DNA of 64,000 nucleotides, taken from assembly GCA_963702205.1 (NCBI GenBank), contig OY969724.1, forward strand, positions 1,184,001 through 1,248,000, in the 5' to 3' direction. The notes below the pieces were generated by a model. It saw only the letters and a program-made list of their open reading frames with translations, did no database searches and was not told the origin of the DNA. Each line of letters starts with the position of its first letter. Position 1 is the stretch's first letter. The translations under genes and the position numbers were made by a program. The stretch comes from an uncultured candidate division Zixibacteria bacterium. Its GTDB lineage: Bacteria; Zixibacteria; MSB-5A5; GN15; PGXB01. Shown one piece after another: positions 11,451-19,647 of the stretch.

Positions 11451-12868
11451 ATGCTCCGGTCCTGGCGGCGATTGGCTCGCAGACGGTAGCCGAGGGTGAT
11501 AACCTGCACTTCACGACGTCGGCGACCGACGTCGACGGTGACGCCCTGACGATGACGGCCGAGAATCTCCCGGCCAACGCCACGTATGATGATAATACGG
11601 ACGGCACTGGCTCCTTCGACTTCAATCCCGATTATACCCAGCAAGGTGTTTATAATGTGACTTTCATAGTCAGCGACGGAGCCCTGGCCGATACGGAAAT
11701 AGTACAAATTACAGTGACCGGTACCAACCGCGCCCCCGTGGCCGATGCCGGTCCCGATCAGATCGGAATTGTTCTGGGTAATACCGTTACCCTCGACGGT
11801 ACAGGCTCTTCCGATCCGGAAAATGATCCGATTAATTATAGCTGGGTTCAGGTTTCCGGCCCGTCGGTCACATTGTCCGACGCAGCTATCGCCCAGCCGA
11901 CTTTCGATCCGGTCAGCCCCGGCGATTATGAATTTGAGCTGATTGTCGACGATAACGTCCTGTTCAGCACTCCGGATACGGTCCTGATCAATGTCATAAA
12001 CCGCGACGCTCCGGAGGCGATTGCCGATCTGCAGATTGCCATTTCCGGCAGCGATCTTGTCCTGACCTGGTCGGCCATCACGACCGACGTCGGCGGTTTC
12101 GCCACCGACATTGGCCGCTATGTAATATACAGAGGGACATCGGCTTACTTTGTCCCGACTGATTTTGATTCAATTGGCTATACCGATGATCTGACACTGA
12201 CTTTCACCGACAACGACCTCGGCGGAGCCGACGTGGTTGGTGATACACTAACTCAATATTTCTATACTGCGGTAGCGGTCGACATTTATGAAAATCATTC
12301 GGCGACGTCGAATCGGGTGGGTGAGTATGATTATCAGATAGTCATTACCCCGACGACCGATTTCAGCCTGATTTGTGTCCCGTTCGAAAATACCGGCATA
12401 ACCAATGCCGTCGACCTGATCAACGCCATCGGCGCCGCCAACGTCAACACGGTCAACAATTATCAGCCGCTGTCGCAGAGCTATGAATCGCGCTTTGCGG
12501 CCGGGTTCGGTGTGAATTTCACGGTCAACCCGGGCGGCGTCTATCAGGTTAATGCCAGGGCCCAGACGGTCTTCTCGGTGGCGGGCAATATCCCGGCGCC
12601 GGGCACGGTAATTTACAATCTGGTCACGACATCCACCACCGACTACAGCTTTATCGTGATTCCGTTCGAGATGGAAAGCGATTTTGCGGTAGCCCAGGAC
12701 GTCATGAATTCTATACCCGGAAGTTTCAATACTCTTAATAGATTTATTGCCACTTCGCAAAGTTACGAATCCCGCTTCGCGGCCGGATTCGGGCCCAACT
12801 TTGTGGTTAAGGCCGGAAAACCATACCAGGCTAATGCGGCTGCAACGGCTGTATTTCCGGGACCGTAA
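2..12868 (+). CDS. Giant repetitive surface protein/adhesin: ~39-40 tandem-95 (cadherin/Big_9-like) repeats, then an Ig repeat, PKD/K319L-like and FN3-like domains and a duplicated C-terminal module; 5'-truncated
   Basis: The frame is open from nt 2 (ITIPSADWFGTETITFTATDPGLL), so the called start at 128 is internal. It contains ~97-aa acidic repeats NDAPVV.DIPDQT..EG..F.TINLDD.V.D.DN....W..SGN.EL.V.ID..R.ATI..P..W.G.ETITFTATDPG, followed by NRAPVADAGPDQ (PKD/K319L) and LTWS...YVIYR...YFYTAVAVD (FN3-like). Confidence 0.9.
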   Translation: MTIPSADWFGTETITFTATDPGLLSDSDPATFTVNNINDAPIVSDIPDQTIDEGSTFATINLDNYVSDIDNADSEINWTYSGNTELTVNIDASRIATITIPTTDWNGAETVTFTATDLGLLSDNDPAVFTVNAINDAPVVTDIPDQTIDEGSTFATINLDDFVSDVDNADAEMSWIYSGNTELAVSIDASHVATITIPSSDWFGSETITFTATDPGLLGDSDPVTFTVNNINDAPVVSDIPDQTIDEGLTFATINLDDFVADIDNADAEINWTYSGNTELSVSIDGSRVATISAPDADWNGSETITFTATDPGLLSDSDPATFTVNAVNDAPVVADIPNQLVDEGVSFATINLDDFVSDVDNSDAEMTWTYSGNTELTVGIDGSRVATITIPSPTWNGSETITFTATDPGLLSDSDPATFTVSSINDAPVVSDIPDQTIDEGSTFATINLDDFVTDPDNPDAEMTWTYSGNTELSVSIDGSRVATITIPSADWNGAETITFTATDPGLLADSDAATFTVNSVNDAPVVTNIPDQTIDEGSTFATINLDDFVSDVDNSDAEMTWSYAGNVELTVNIDASHVATITIPSIDWNGVETITFTATDPGLLSDNDPAVFTVNAINDAPIVSDIPDQTIDEVSTFATINLDDFVSDVDNADAEMSWTYSGNTELTVSIDASRIATITAPDADWFGSETITFTATDPGLLGDSDPVTFTVNNINDAPVVSDIPDQTIDEGSTFATINLDNFVSDVDNADAEINWTYSGNTELTVNIDAGHIAAITIPSTDWNGSETITFTATDPGLLSDSDPATFTVNAVNDAPVVTDIPDQTIDEGLTFATINLDDYVSDVDNSDAEISWTYSGNTELTINIDASRVATITIPGAEWYGSETITFTATDPGLLSDSDPAVFTVNNINDAPVVSDIPDQTVAEGTAFATINLDDFVADNDNADNEITWTYSGQSNLNVSIDGSRVATITPVDPNWNGTETITFTATDPGLLFASDAATFMVTAVNDAPVVSGIPDQTIAEGASFTTINLDNYVTDVDNVDADMIWTKSGNTELLVDITNRVATIIIPSPGWVGSETITFRATDPGLLFGEDAATFTVTNVNDAPVVSDIPDQTVAEGDNFVTISLDDYVSDVDNTDAEMTWSATGQTDLTVDIDASHVATITIPYADWNGAETITFTATDPGLLTGSDPATFTVTAVNDAPVVADIPDQTIDEGQPFAAIDLDNFVSDVDNAAAEMTWTYSGNTELTVSIDASRVATITAPDGDWNGAETITFTATDPGLLADSDPATFTVNAVNDAPVVTDIPDQTIDEGSAFATIDLNTYVTDIDNLASEMTWSYSGNTELAVSIDASNTATVTTPNADWFGTETITFTATDPGLLSDSDPATFTVNNINDAPVVSDIPDQTVAEGSPFATINLDDFVSDVDNADNEITWSYSGDANLSVSIDAGRVATITAIDPDWNGSETITFTATDPGLLFDSDPATFTVTAVNDAPVVSGIPDQAIPEGFTFAQINLDNYVTDVDNTDAQMTWTKSGNVELLVDITNRVATIIIPSAQWNGSETITFTATDPGLLSGSDAATFTVSANNDAPVVTTIPNQTINEGSTFTTINLDAYVSDVDNTDAEMTWTTSGETDLTVSIDASRVATITIPSADWYGSETITFRATDPGLLFDETSATFTVNNINDAPVVSDIPDQTVAEGTAFATINLDDFVTDIDNADNQISWTTSGETNLSVSINASRVATITSIDPDWNGSETITFTATDPGLLFASDAATFTVTAVNDAPVVSGIPDQTIPEGSSFATINLDDYAADVDNLDSELGWTYSGNTELTVSIDAAHVATISIPSADWNGSETITFTATDPGLLTGSDNAIFTVTAVNDAPVVSDIPDQTIDEGATFATINLDDYVTDIDNTDAQMTWTYSGNVALSVGINASHVATITTPTVDWNGSETITFTATDPGLLSDNDVATFTVNAVNDAPVVLDIPNQTISEGSSFAIINLDDYVADPDNADNQMSWSYSGQTDLIVNISSRVATIAIPNADWFGSETITFTATDPGLLSDSDPATFTVTNVNDAPVVADIPNQATVEGGSFATINLDDYVSDVDNLDAEMTWTYSGNVELSVSIDASHVATVTTPSPTWNGSETITFRATDPGLLFDEDAATFTVSATNDPPVVSNIPDQTIPEGSSFATINLDNYVDDIDNTDAEITWTYSGNTELSVSIDASRVVTITVPNADWNGAETITFTATDPGLLSDSDPATFTVTAVNDAPVVLDIPDQTIAEGASFTQINLDNYVTDVDNTPAQMIWTKSGNVELLVDISNRIATIIIPNSEWSGSETITFRATDPGSLFGEDVATFTVTAVNDAPVVTDIPNQTVPEGGSFTTINLDDYVSDLDNTDAEMTWTASGQSELSVTIDVSRVATISIPSADWYGSETITFRATDPGLLFDEDAATFTVTNINDAPVVSDVPDQTIAEGASFVTINLDDYVTDIDNADSQIGWTTSGATELSVSISPSRVATINIPTVDWNGSETITFTATDPGLLSDSDPATFTVTAVNDAPVVSDIPDQAVPEGGTFATINLDNYVTDVDNADSEIDWTYSGNTELTVAIDASRIATITTPSPTWNGSETITFTATDPGLLSDSDPATFTVSSVNNPPVVTDIPDQTIDEGGTFATINLDDYVSDVDNADAEITWTYSGNTDLLVDIDVNRVATITTPNADWNGAETITFTATDPGLLANSDAAAFTVNPVNDAPVVADIPDQTIAEGATFLTINLDNFVNDIDNADAEINWVATGQTELSVTIDANRTATVAIPNADWNGSETITFTATDPGLLSDSDPATFTVTAVNDAPVVTDIPDQTVAEGSPFATINLDDFVSDVDNADAELTWSYSGNTELTVVIDASRIATVTTPSPTWNGSETITFTATDPGLLFDSDAAAFTVTGVNNAPVVSDIPDQTIAEGFTFATINLDDYVSDIDNADAEISWTYGGNTELTVSISTARVATIGIPNINWNGSETITFTATDPGLLTDSDPATFTVTAVNDAPVVSNITNQTITEGGSFTTINLDDYVSDVDNPDADINWSYSGNVELSVSIDGNRVATVGIPTPDWNGSETITFTATDPGLLSDSDDATFTVNPVNDAPVVADIPDQTIAEGGTFATINLDDYVNDIDNPDSDMNWTYSGNVQLIVSIDVNRVATITTPNADWNGSETITFRATDPNFLFDTDAATFTATPVNDAPVVLDIPDQTVDEGSAFTLINLDDYVSDIDNLDNQMTWSYSGNTDLIINIVNRVATITIPYVDWNGSETVTFTATDPGLLFSSDAATFTVNAVNDAPVVSNIPDQIVGEGGSFTSINLDDYVSDVDNTDAEMTWTYSGNVELTVAIDGARVATITTPSVDWNGSETITFTATDPGLLSDSDPATFGVSASNDAPVVTDIPDQTIAEGGTFVTINLDDYVSDIDNTDAEMTWTYTGNTELTVTIDASRVATINIPNIDWYGSETITFTATDPGLLSASDPATFTVTNINDAPVVSDIPDQTIDEGLTFAAINLDDFVSDVDNADSEINWTYSGNTELTVNIDASRVATITIPGAEWNGSETITFTATDPGTLFGSDAATFTVNAVNDAPVVTDIPDQTIDEGSTFATISLDDYVSDVDNVDAEMTWTYSGNTELTVSIDASHIATITIPGADWYGSEAITFTATDPGLLADSDPAVFTVNNINDVPVLSDIPDQTIDEGSTFATMNLDDFVSDVDNADAEIAWTYSGNTELTVSIDGSRVATITTPGANWNGSETITFTATDPGLLSASDPATFTVTSVNDAPVLAAIGSQTVAEGDNLHFTTSATDVDGDALTMTAENLPANATYDDNTDGTGSFDFNPDYTQQGVYNVTFIVSDGALADTEIVQITVTGTNRAPVADAGPDQIGIVLGNTVTLDGTGSSDPENDPINYSWVQVSGPSVTLSDAAIAQPTFDPVSPGDYEFELIVDDNVLFSTPDTVLINVINRDAPEAIADLQIAISGSDLVLTWSAITTDVGGFATDIGRYVIYRGTSAYFVPTDFDSIGYTDDLTLTFTDNDLGGADVVGDTLTQYFYTAVAVDIYENHSATSNRVGEYDYQIVITPTTDFSLICVPFENTGITNAVDLINAIGAANVNTVNNYQPLSQSYESRFAAGFGVNFTVNPGGVYQVNARAQTVFSVAGNIPAPGTVIYNLVTTSTTDYSFIVIPFEMESDFAVAQDVMNSIPGSFNTLNRFIATSQSYESRFAAGFGPNFVVKAGKPYQANAAATAVFPGP

Positions 12869-12883
12869 GGGAGGAGCGGTATA

Positions 12884-15800
12884 ATGACGATAAAAAGACA
12901 TACTGACATAGATGGAGGTTATAAAGTGCGTAGGAATAAGCGCCGAATAAAATGGCCGATAATATCGGTCTGGCTGGCGATTGGATTAATACTGAGTGCG
13001 TCTTCCGCATTTGCGCAGGGTTCGATTTTTGGCACGGTGACCAATGCCAATTTGAGCACACCCGCAAACGGTGATATAAGTTTCTTCGGTTACCTCGATA
13101 ACACGGACGAGGAAATCCGCCTGGAAACGAGCACCGGCGCCGGATATGACGCGGGCAACTGGTTCGATGATTTCCAGAATTATCTGACCGAAGCGCCCGG
13201 TAATCCCTACGATTACCATTTCTACAACGTTGCCAACGGCGAAGGTTTTGTTTTATCCAAACCCATCCCGAATAATTCCTTCCAGCAGGAAAATATAACA
13301 CTGGCAACGGTATCCTGGCCGGCAGCCCCGTCCGGATTGAGCGGCACGCCCGTATCCGGTTCGGCGGTCATTATAACCTGGAACGGAACTCCGGGGTTAA
13401 CCTATCACGTCTATCGCAGGAATGCAACTTCGAGCGGTTCGTTTTTCCGCATCGACGACCCGACCGGCTCGCTGGCTAATCCCGGCGTGACCGATAGTTT
13501 CTTTGTCGATGCGACGGTCGATGGTGCATCATCTTATAATTATCTCGTTGTGGCACAGGACGGGTCCGGCAATCTGGGTCCGCATTCGACCGTTGTAACG
13601 GTCGATGCCTCCAACACGCAGGCCCCGACGCTGGCTTCGGTCGATCCGAATTCTGGTGTCAATACCGGCGGAACCTTTGTCAATATTTACGGTTCGGGCT
13701 TTGACCCGGCCGGAACATCGGTTTCGTTCGCCGGGACGCCGGTGACGGGAACCTATGTTTCACCGTACCATCTGACGGTCAACACGCCCGCCGGAGCCCT
13801 GGGTGCTGCCGGTGTTTCCGTGACCAATACCGCCTCGGGTTTGATTTCCAATATCCTGGCCGGCGGCTTTACTTATGTCAGCAATGCCGCGCCGGTCGTG
13901 GCCGACATTCCCGATCAGACGGTGGCCGAGGGCACCGCCTTTGCGACCATAAATCTTGACAATTATGTCACCGACGTGGACAATGCCCCGTCGGAAATGA
14001 CCTGGACATACAGCGGCAATACGGAATTAACCGTGTCGATCGACGTTTCCCGTGTGGCGACGATTACGGTCCCCAATGCCGACTGGAACGGTGCGGAGAC
14101 GATTACGTTCACCGCCACCGATCCGGGCACACTGTCCGGCAGTGATCCCGCGACGTTCACGGTCACGGCCGTCAACGACGCACCGGTCGTGGCCGACATC
14201 CCCGATCAGACGGTTGCCGAGGGCAACACTTTTGCGACGATCAATCTCGATGACTATGTCACCGACGTGGACAACCTCCCCACGGAGATGACCTGGACAT
14301 ACAGCGGTAATACCGAACTGACGGTGTCGATCGACGGTTCCCGAGTGGCGACGGTATCGGTCCCCACCCCGACCTGGAACGGTTCGGAAACGATTACGTT
14401 TACCGCGACCGACCCGGGTACGCTGTCAGACGGCGATCCCGCGACCTTTACGGTTACCGGCGTCAACAACGCTCCGGTCGTGGCGGACATACCCGATCAG
14501 ACAGTGGCCGAAGGTACCGGCTTCGCGACCATAAATCTCGATGACTATGTCACCGACGTGGACAACCTCCCCACGGAGATGACCTGGACATACAGCGGCA
14601 ATACCGACCTGACGGTTTCAATTGATGGCTCCCGTGTTGCGACTATCACAACCCCCGATGCCAATTGGAACGGTGCGGAGACGATTACCTTCACCGCGAC
14701 CGATCCGGGCACGTTGTCCGGAAGCAATCCGGCGACGTTCACCGTCACGGCCGTCAACGACGCACCGGTCGTGGCCGACATCCCCGATCAGTCGGTGGCC
14801 GAAGGCACGGCCTTCGCGACCATAAATCTCGATGACTATGTCACCGACGTGGACAACCTCCCCACGGAGCTGACCTGGACATACAGCGGCAATACCGACC
14901 TGACGATATCAATTGATGCCTCCCGCGTGGCTACTATTACGGCCCCCGATGCCGACTGGAACGGTGCCGAGACGATCACTTTTACCGCGACCGACCCGGG
15001 CATATTGTCCGGAAGCGATCCGGCGACGTTCACGGTCACGGCCGTCAACGACGCACCGGTCGTGGCTGACATTCCCGATCAGTCGGTGGCCGAAGGTACG
15101 GCTTTCGCAACGATCAATCTCGATGATTATGTTTCAGATATAGACAACTTGCCCACGGAGATGACGTGGACGTACAGCGGTAATACCGACCTGACGGTAT
15201 CCATTGATGCTTCCCGTGTGGCGACAATAACTACGCCCGATGCCGACTGGAACGGTGCGGAGACGATTACGTTTACCGCGACCGATCCCGGTCTGTTGAG
15301 CGCTTCCGATCCCGCAGCGTTTACGGTGACGGCGGTCAACGATGCGCCGGTGGTATCGAATATTCCCGACCAGGCCGTGGCTGAGGGCGGCACGTTTGCG
15401 ACGATTAATCTCGACAATTACGTCACTGACGTCGATAACCTCCCGGCCGAAATGACATGGACGTACAGCGGCAACGTCGAGTTGACGGTGGTTATCGATG
15501 CCTCGCATATTGCAACCGTATCGACACCGTCATCGACGTGGAACGGTGCCGAAACGATCACGTTTACAGCGACCGATCCGGGCCTGCTGAGTGCCGGCGA
15601 TCCGGCCACGTTTACGGTTTCGAGCGTCAACAACCCGCCGGTGGTTACGGACATCCCCGATCAGACCATCGACGAAGGCGGAACGTTCGCTACGATCAAT
15701 CTCGATGACTTCGTGAGCGACGTGGACAACGCCGACGCCGAAATCACGTGGACCTACAGCGGTAATACGGACTTGACCGTATCCATTGATGTCGCCCGTG

Positions 15801-18800
15801 TAGCTACTATTTCGGCTCCCGACGCCGACTGGAACGGTTCGGAAACGATCACGTTCACGGCGACCGATCCGGGCCTGCTGGCCAACAGCGACGCCGCGAC
15901 GTTCACTATCAATGCCGTCAATGACGCGCCGGTAGTGGCCGGTATTCCGGACCAGACCATTTCCGAAGGCAACGCCTTTGCGACCATAAATCTCGATGAC
16001 TATGTAACCGACGTGGACAACCTTGCCACCGAACTGACGTGGACATACAGCGGCAACGTCCAGTTGATAGTAAATATCGATGTTTCCCGAGTGGCTACGG
16101 TTACGACGCCATCGGCGGGTTGGAACGGCGTGGAAACGATTACGTTCACGGCGACCGATCCCGGTCTGCTGGCCGGTTCGGACGATGCCGTCTTCACGGT
16201 TACCGGCGCCAACGATCCGCCGATTCTGGCTGCGATTGGCCCGCAAACCGTGGCTGAAAATAGCAATTTGAATTTCACGGTTTCGGCGACCGACCCCGAG
16301 GGTGTCACGCCGACTCTCTCTGCGAGCGGTCTTCCGACCAACGCTACGTTTACTGACAATCTCGACGGAACCGGCGTGTTCGACTTCACTCCTGATTTCG
16401 ATCAGGAGGGTTCATACCCGGTCGTCTTCAAGGCTTTTGACGGCGTCCTGGTCGATTCGGAAATAGTCGATATAACCGTAACCAATACCAACCGTCTGCC
16501 GGTCCTGGCGGCCATCGGTGCGCAGAGCACGACTGAAGGCGTGCAGTTGACGTTCACCGTCACGGCGACTGATCCCGACGGCACTATCCCGGCTCTGACC
16601 ACGTCGACGCTTCCGGGTACAGCCCTCTTCACGGACAACGGCGATGGGACAGGTGTTTTCGACTGGACTCCCGAGTTTACCGCCGCGGGCGATTATACAA
16701 TTACGTTTTATGCCAATGATGGAACCGATGAGGTGTTCGAGGATGTCCCGATAAGCGTGGTCGAAGCCGGCAATCAGGCTCCTCAGGTTGATACCGTCGA
16801 CACTCAGACGGTTCCCGAGGGTGGCACGCTGTCGGTGCCGATTACGGCGACCGACCCCGATGGTACGATCCCGACTCTGACGGCCGATTCGCTTCCCAAT
16901 AACGCCACGTTTACCGATAATCTCGACGGTACCGGTACTATCGACTTCACGCCGGACTTCAGCCAGAGCGGGACCTATCGCGTTCTGATTATCGCCAACG
17001 ACGGTGAGTTCGTCGATACCATGATAGTTGAAATCATCGTCAACGAACTCGGTAATCAGGCGCCGATCATTTCGGGCATAGCCGATACGACAATCTATGA
17101 AGGCGATTCGCTGGTCGTGGTCGTTTCTGCGACCGATCCCGAAGGAGGATCAGTTTTCTTCACACTGAATACGAATATTATTTCATATCAGTTCTTTGAC
17201 AGCGGTAACGGTACGGCCGTGTTCAGCATGGGCACGGATTATTATGACGCCGGAGTCAGGAATCTGACCATTTTTGCCATAGACAATGGTACTCCCGTTG
17301 CGACCGGTTCGGCGTCGATGGCTATAACCATCAACGACGTCAACCAGCCGCCTGCGTTTGCCGATCTCGGAACGGTCGGTGTCAAAATAGGCAAGACGTT
17401 GAATCTTACGGTTGCCGCGTCCGACTCGACCGATCCCAATACGGCCCATCATCTGTTCCTGACGTCGGTTGGACTTCCGGCCAATTCAACGTTCCTGGAT
17501 AACGGCGACAATACGGCTGCCTTCACTTTCACGCCGACCGAAGCGCAAATCGGTCAGGTGATTGTGACGTTCATCGCGACCGATCAGGGCACGCCGCAAT
17601 TGTCGACCAATTATCCGGTGACGATTAGTATCGTTCTGGAAAACCGTAAGCCGGTCTTCGTAGCTCTGCCGCAATCGGGAGAGGTTCTGGAAGGCGAGTC
17701 GTTGTCGTTCACGGTTGAGGCGACCGATCCCGACGGCACTATCCCGGTGCTGAATGCATCAGGTCCGGGAACCACGGGACTTCCTGATAACGCCACGTTT
17801 GTGGATAACGGCGACGGCACCGGATTATTTACGTTCAACCCCGATTTCGTGCAGGCCGGCCTGTACGGCATATATTTCGAAGCCTCCGACGGCATCGATG
17901 TTGAAAAGAGCGATCCCGTCCTGATTCAGGTCGATGAGGCCGGAAATCAGGCGCCTCAGGTGCAGCCAACGACGCCTCCGGATATTACCGAAGGAACGAC
18001 GGCATCATTCGATGTCACCGCGATCGACCCCGACGGAACGATACCGACTCTTACCGCCGAATCGCTTCCCGAAAACGCGACGTTTACCGACAACGGCGAC
18101 GGAACCGGGACCATCGAATTCTCGCCTTTGTATTATCAGAGCGGGACTTATGATATCATGATCATCGCCTCGGACGGTGTGTTGGAAGACACGTTGACCG
18201 TAACGGTGACGGTGCTCGAAGTGGGCAACCAGGATCCAACGCTGGATGCCATCGCCGATGTCACCGTGAATGAAGGCCAGGTCATTGATTTCACTGTGAC
18301 TGCGTCCGATCCCGATCATGACGTCCTGACGTTCAGCAGCGACCCGCTGCCGGGTACGGCCACTTTGACAGATAACGGCGACAATACGGCCGACTTCCAC
18401 TGGGTTACCGGGTATTTCGATGGTGGTTCTTACGATTTAAATATAACCGTTACCGATCCGGCTTCGGCGACCGCCACTCAGCCGTTCAATATAACGGTGG
18501 GCAACATTAACCGCAGGCCATACGGTTCGCCGTCGGTTTATAATACGACGATTAATGAGCAGGATACGCTGGTTATAAGAGTAACCGGAACGGATCCCGA
18601 CCTGACCATACCGATTATCCGTTTCGACTCGACCAATTATACGCTGCGTCCAAGCATGAATTTTGTCGACAGCGGAAATGGTGTGGCAACTCTGACGTTT
18701 ATACCGACCTATCTGGAAGGTTCAATATCTCCGGGTTCGCAGTATTTTGTCCGCTTCCTGATCATCGATTCGGAAGACCCGGATTCTATTTTCTACACGA

Positions 18801-19624
18801 ACCCGAACACTCAGATATTCGTCCTGAATCGCAACATGCCGCCGTCGATTGACCCGATTTCCGATGTTTCGGTGACTGAAGGCCAATCAATATCGTTCGG
18901 TATCATGGCTCATGACGTAGATCAGGCGGATCCTATTACGACATCACCGCTGCCGGCTGGTGCCGCTTTCCTCGATTGGGGCAACAACTTCGGCGTCTTT
19001 GGGTGGACTCCAAGTTATCTGCAGGCGGGGGTGTATCCAATAGAAATCTATATGACGGACCAGTACGGTCCGGGGGTTGACCAGGTGATTGTCGATACGG
19101 CCGCGTTCACGATAACCGTGCTCGAGGCGGGCAATCAGGCTCCGAGGTTGACAACGGCCCTTCCGGATACGTCGGTAGCCATTGTCAACCGGACCGATAC
19201 CACGCATCTTGTCTTTGTCGATCCGGAACTCGAAAGTATCACGATTACATCCAGTTTCACTCCTCTGAACGCAGTCTTTGTCGATTCCGGTAACGGAGCC
19301 GCCAGCTACCTGTATTCACCCAATTTTTCTGATTTGGGCACGGTCTTCAATGTGTCGTTTACCGCGACCGATGCCAGTGGTGGGGCCAACGTCGTAACGA
19401 CGACATTCAAGGTGCTTGAATTCGTACGCGGCGACGCCAATGCCGACAACGATCTGGATATGTCGGACGCCATGTTCCTGTTTAATTTCCTGTATCGCGA
19501 CGGTCAGGATCCAGCCGTCATGGATGCCGCGGACGTCAATTACGATAAAGACGTCAACCTGATTGATGCCTTGTATTTGTTGAATTATTTCTTCAGACAG
19601 GGCCCGCCGCCGCCATCTCAATGA
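12884..19624 (+). CDS. Large secreted multidomain surface protein: signal peptide, uncharacterised N-domain, FN3, IPT/TIG, 8 tandem-95 repeats, ~11 cadherin/He_PIG-like Ig repeats, C-terminal dockerin
   Basis: Signal peptide ends SASSAFA/Q. PTLASVDPNSG...GGTFVNIYGSGF indicates IPT/TIG. The C-terminus GDANADNDLDMSDAMFL...ADVNYDKDVNLIDALYL is a dockerin. An alternative GTG start at 12926 has its own GGAGG SD. Confidence 0.9.
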   Translation: MTIKRHTDIDGGYKVRRNKRRIKWPIISVWLAIGLILSASSAFAQGSIFGTVTNANLSTPANGDISFFGYLDNTDEEIRLETSTGAGYDAGNWFDDFQNYLTEAPGNPYDYHFYNVANGEGFVLSKPIPNNSFQQENITLATVSWPAAPSGLSGTPVSGSAVIITWNGTPGLTYHVYRRNATSSGSFFRIDDPTGSLANPGVTDSFFVDATVDGASSYNYLVVAQDGSGNLGPHSTVVTVDASNTQAPTLASVDPNSGVNTGGTFVNIYGSGFDPAGTSVSFAGTPVTGTYVSPYHLTVNTPAGALGAAGVSVTNTASGLISNILAGGFTYVSNAAPVVADIPDQTVAEGTAFATINLDNYVTDVDNAPSEMTWTYSGNTELTVSIDVSRVATITVPNADWNGAETITFTATDPGTLSGSDPATFTVTAVNDAPVVADIPDQTVAEGNTFATINLDDYVTDVDNLPTEMTWTYSGNTELTVSIDGSRVATVSVPTPTWNGSETITFTATDPGTLSDGDPATFTVTGVNNAPVVADIPDQTVAEGTGFATINLDDYVTDVDNLPTEMTWTYSGNTDLTVSIDGSRVATITTPDANWNGAETITFTATDPGTLSGSNPATFTVTAVNDAPVVADIPDQSVAEGTAFATINLDDYVTDVDNLPTELTWTYSGNTDLTISIDASRVATITAPDADWNGAETITFTATDPGILSGSDPATFTVTAVNDAPVVADIPDQSVAEGTAFATINLDDYVSDIDNLPTEMTWTYSGNTDLTVSIDASRVATITTPDADWNGAETITFTATDPGLLSASDPAAFTVTAVNDAPVVSNIPDQAVAEGGTFATINLDNYVTDVDNLPAEMTWTYSGNVELTVVIDASHIATVSTPSSTWNGAETITFTATDPGLLSAGDPATFTVSSVNNPPVVTDIPDQTIDEGGTFATINLDDFVSDVDNADAEITWTYSGNTDLTVSIDVARVATISAPDADWNGSETITFTATDPGLLANSDAATFTINAVNDAPVVAGIPDQTISEGNAFATINLDDYVTDVDNLATELTWTYSGNVQLIVNIDVSRVATVTTPSAGWNGVETITFTATDPGLLAGSDDAVFTVTGANDPPILAAIGPQTVAENSNLNFTVSATDPEGVTPTLSASGLPTNATFTDNLDGTGVFDFTPDFDQEGSYPVVFKAFDGVLVDSEIVDITVTNTNRLPVLAAIGAQSTTEGVQLTFTVTATDPDGTIPALTTSTLPGTALFTDNGDGTGVFDWTPEFTAAGDYTITFYANDGTDEVFEDVPISVVEAGNQAPQVDTVDTQTVPEGGTLSVPITATDPDGTIPTLTADSLPNNATFTDNLDGTGTIDFTPDFSQSGTYRVLIIANDGEFVDTMIVEIIVNELGNQAPIISGIADTTIYEGDSLVVVVSATDPEGGSVFFTLNTNIISYQFFDSGNGTAVFSMGTDYYDAGVRNLTIFAIDNGTPVATGSASMAITINDVNQPPAFADLGTVGVKIGKTLNLTVAASDSTDPNTAHHLFLTSVGLPANSTFLDNGDNTAAFTFTPTEAQIGQVIVTFIATDQGTPQLSTNYPVTISIVLENRKPVFVALPQSGEVLEGESLSFTVEATDPDGTIPVLNASGPGTTGLPDNATFVDNGDGTGLFTFNPDFVQAGLYGIYFEASDGIDVEKSDPVLIQVDEAGNQAPQVQPTTPPDITEGTTASFDVTAIDPDGTIPTLTAESLPENATFTDNGDGTGTIEFSPLYYQSGTYDIMIIASDGVLEDTLTVTVTVLEVGNQDPTLDAIADVTVNEGQVIDFTVTASDPDHDVLTFSSDPLPGTATLTDNGDNTADFHWVTGYFDGGSYDLNITVTDPASATATQPFNITVGNINRRPYGSPSVYNTTINEQDTLVIRVTGTDPDLTIPIIRFDSTNYTLRPSMNFVDSGNGVATLTFIPTYLEGSISPGSQYFVRFLIIDSEDPDSIFYTNPNTQIFVLNRNMPPSIDPISDVSVTEGQSISFGIMAHDVDQADPITTSPLPAGAAFLDWGNNFGVFGWTPSYLQAGVYPIEIYMTDQYGPGVDQVIVDTAAFTITVLEAGNQAPRLTTALPDTSVAIVNRTDTTHLVFVDPELESITITSSFTPLNAVFVDSGNGAASYLYSPNFSDLGTVFNVSFTATDASGGANVVTTTFKVLEFVRGDANADNDLDMSDAMFLFNFLYRDGQDPAVMDAADVNYDKDVNLIDALYLLNYFFRQGPPPPSQ
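13885..16210 (+). repeat. 8 copies of the 291-bp tandem-95 repeat, same family as in the upstream giant gene
   Basis: NDAPVVADIPDQ...ATDPG units at ~291 nt spacing. Confidence 0.88.
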
Positions 19625-19647
19625 TGACATGATTTGAAATGCAATAT

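Noticed and set aside
2..16210. Regularly spaced DNA repeats as a possible CRISPR array or DGR template/variable repeats
   Set aside because: The units are ~291-bp in-frame coding repeats varying mostly at synonymous sites. There are no unique spacers, no obvious adenine-specific mismatch pattern, and no cas or reverse transcriptase gene in the window.
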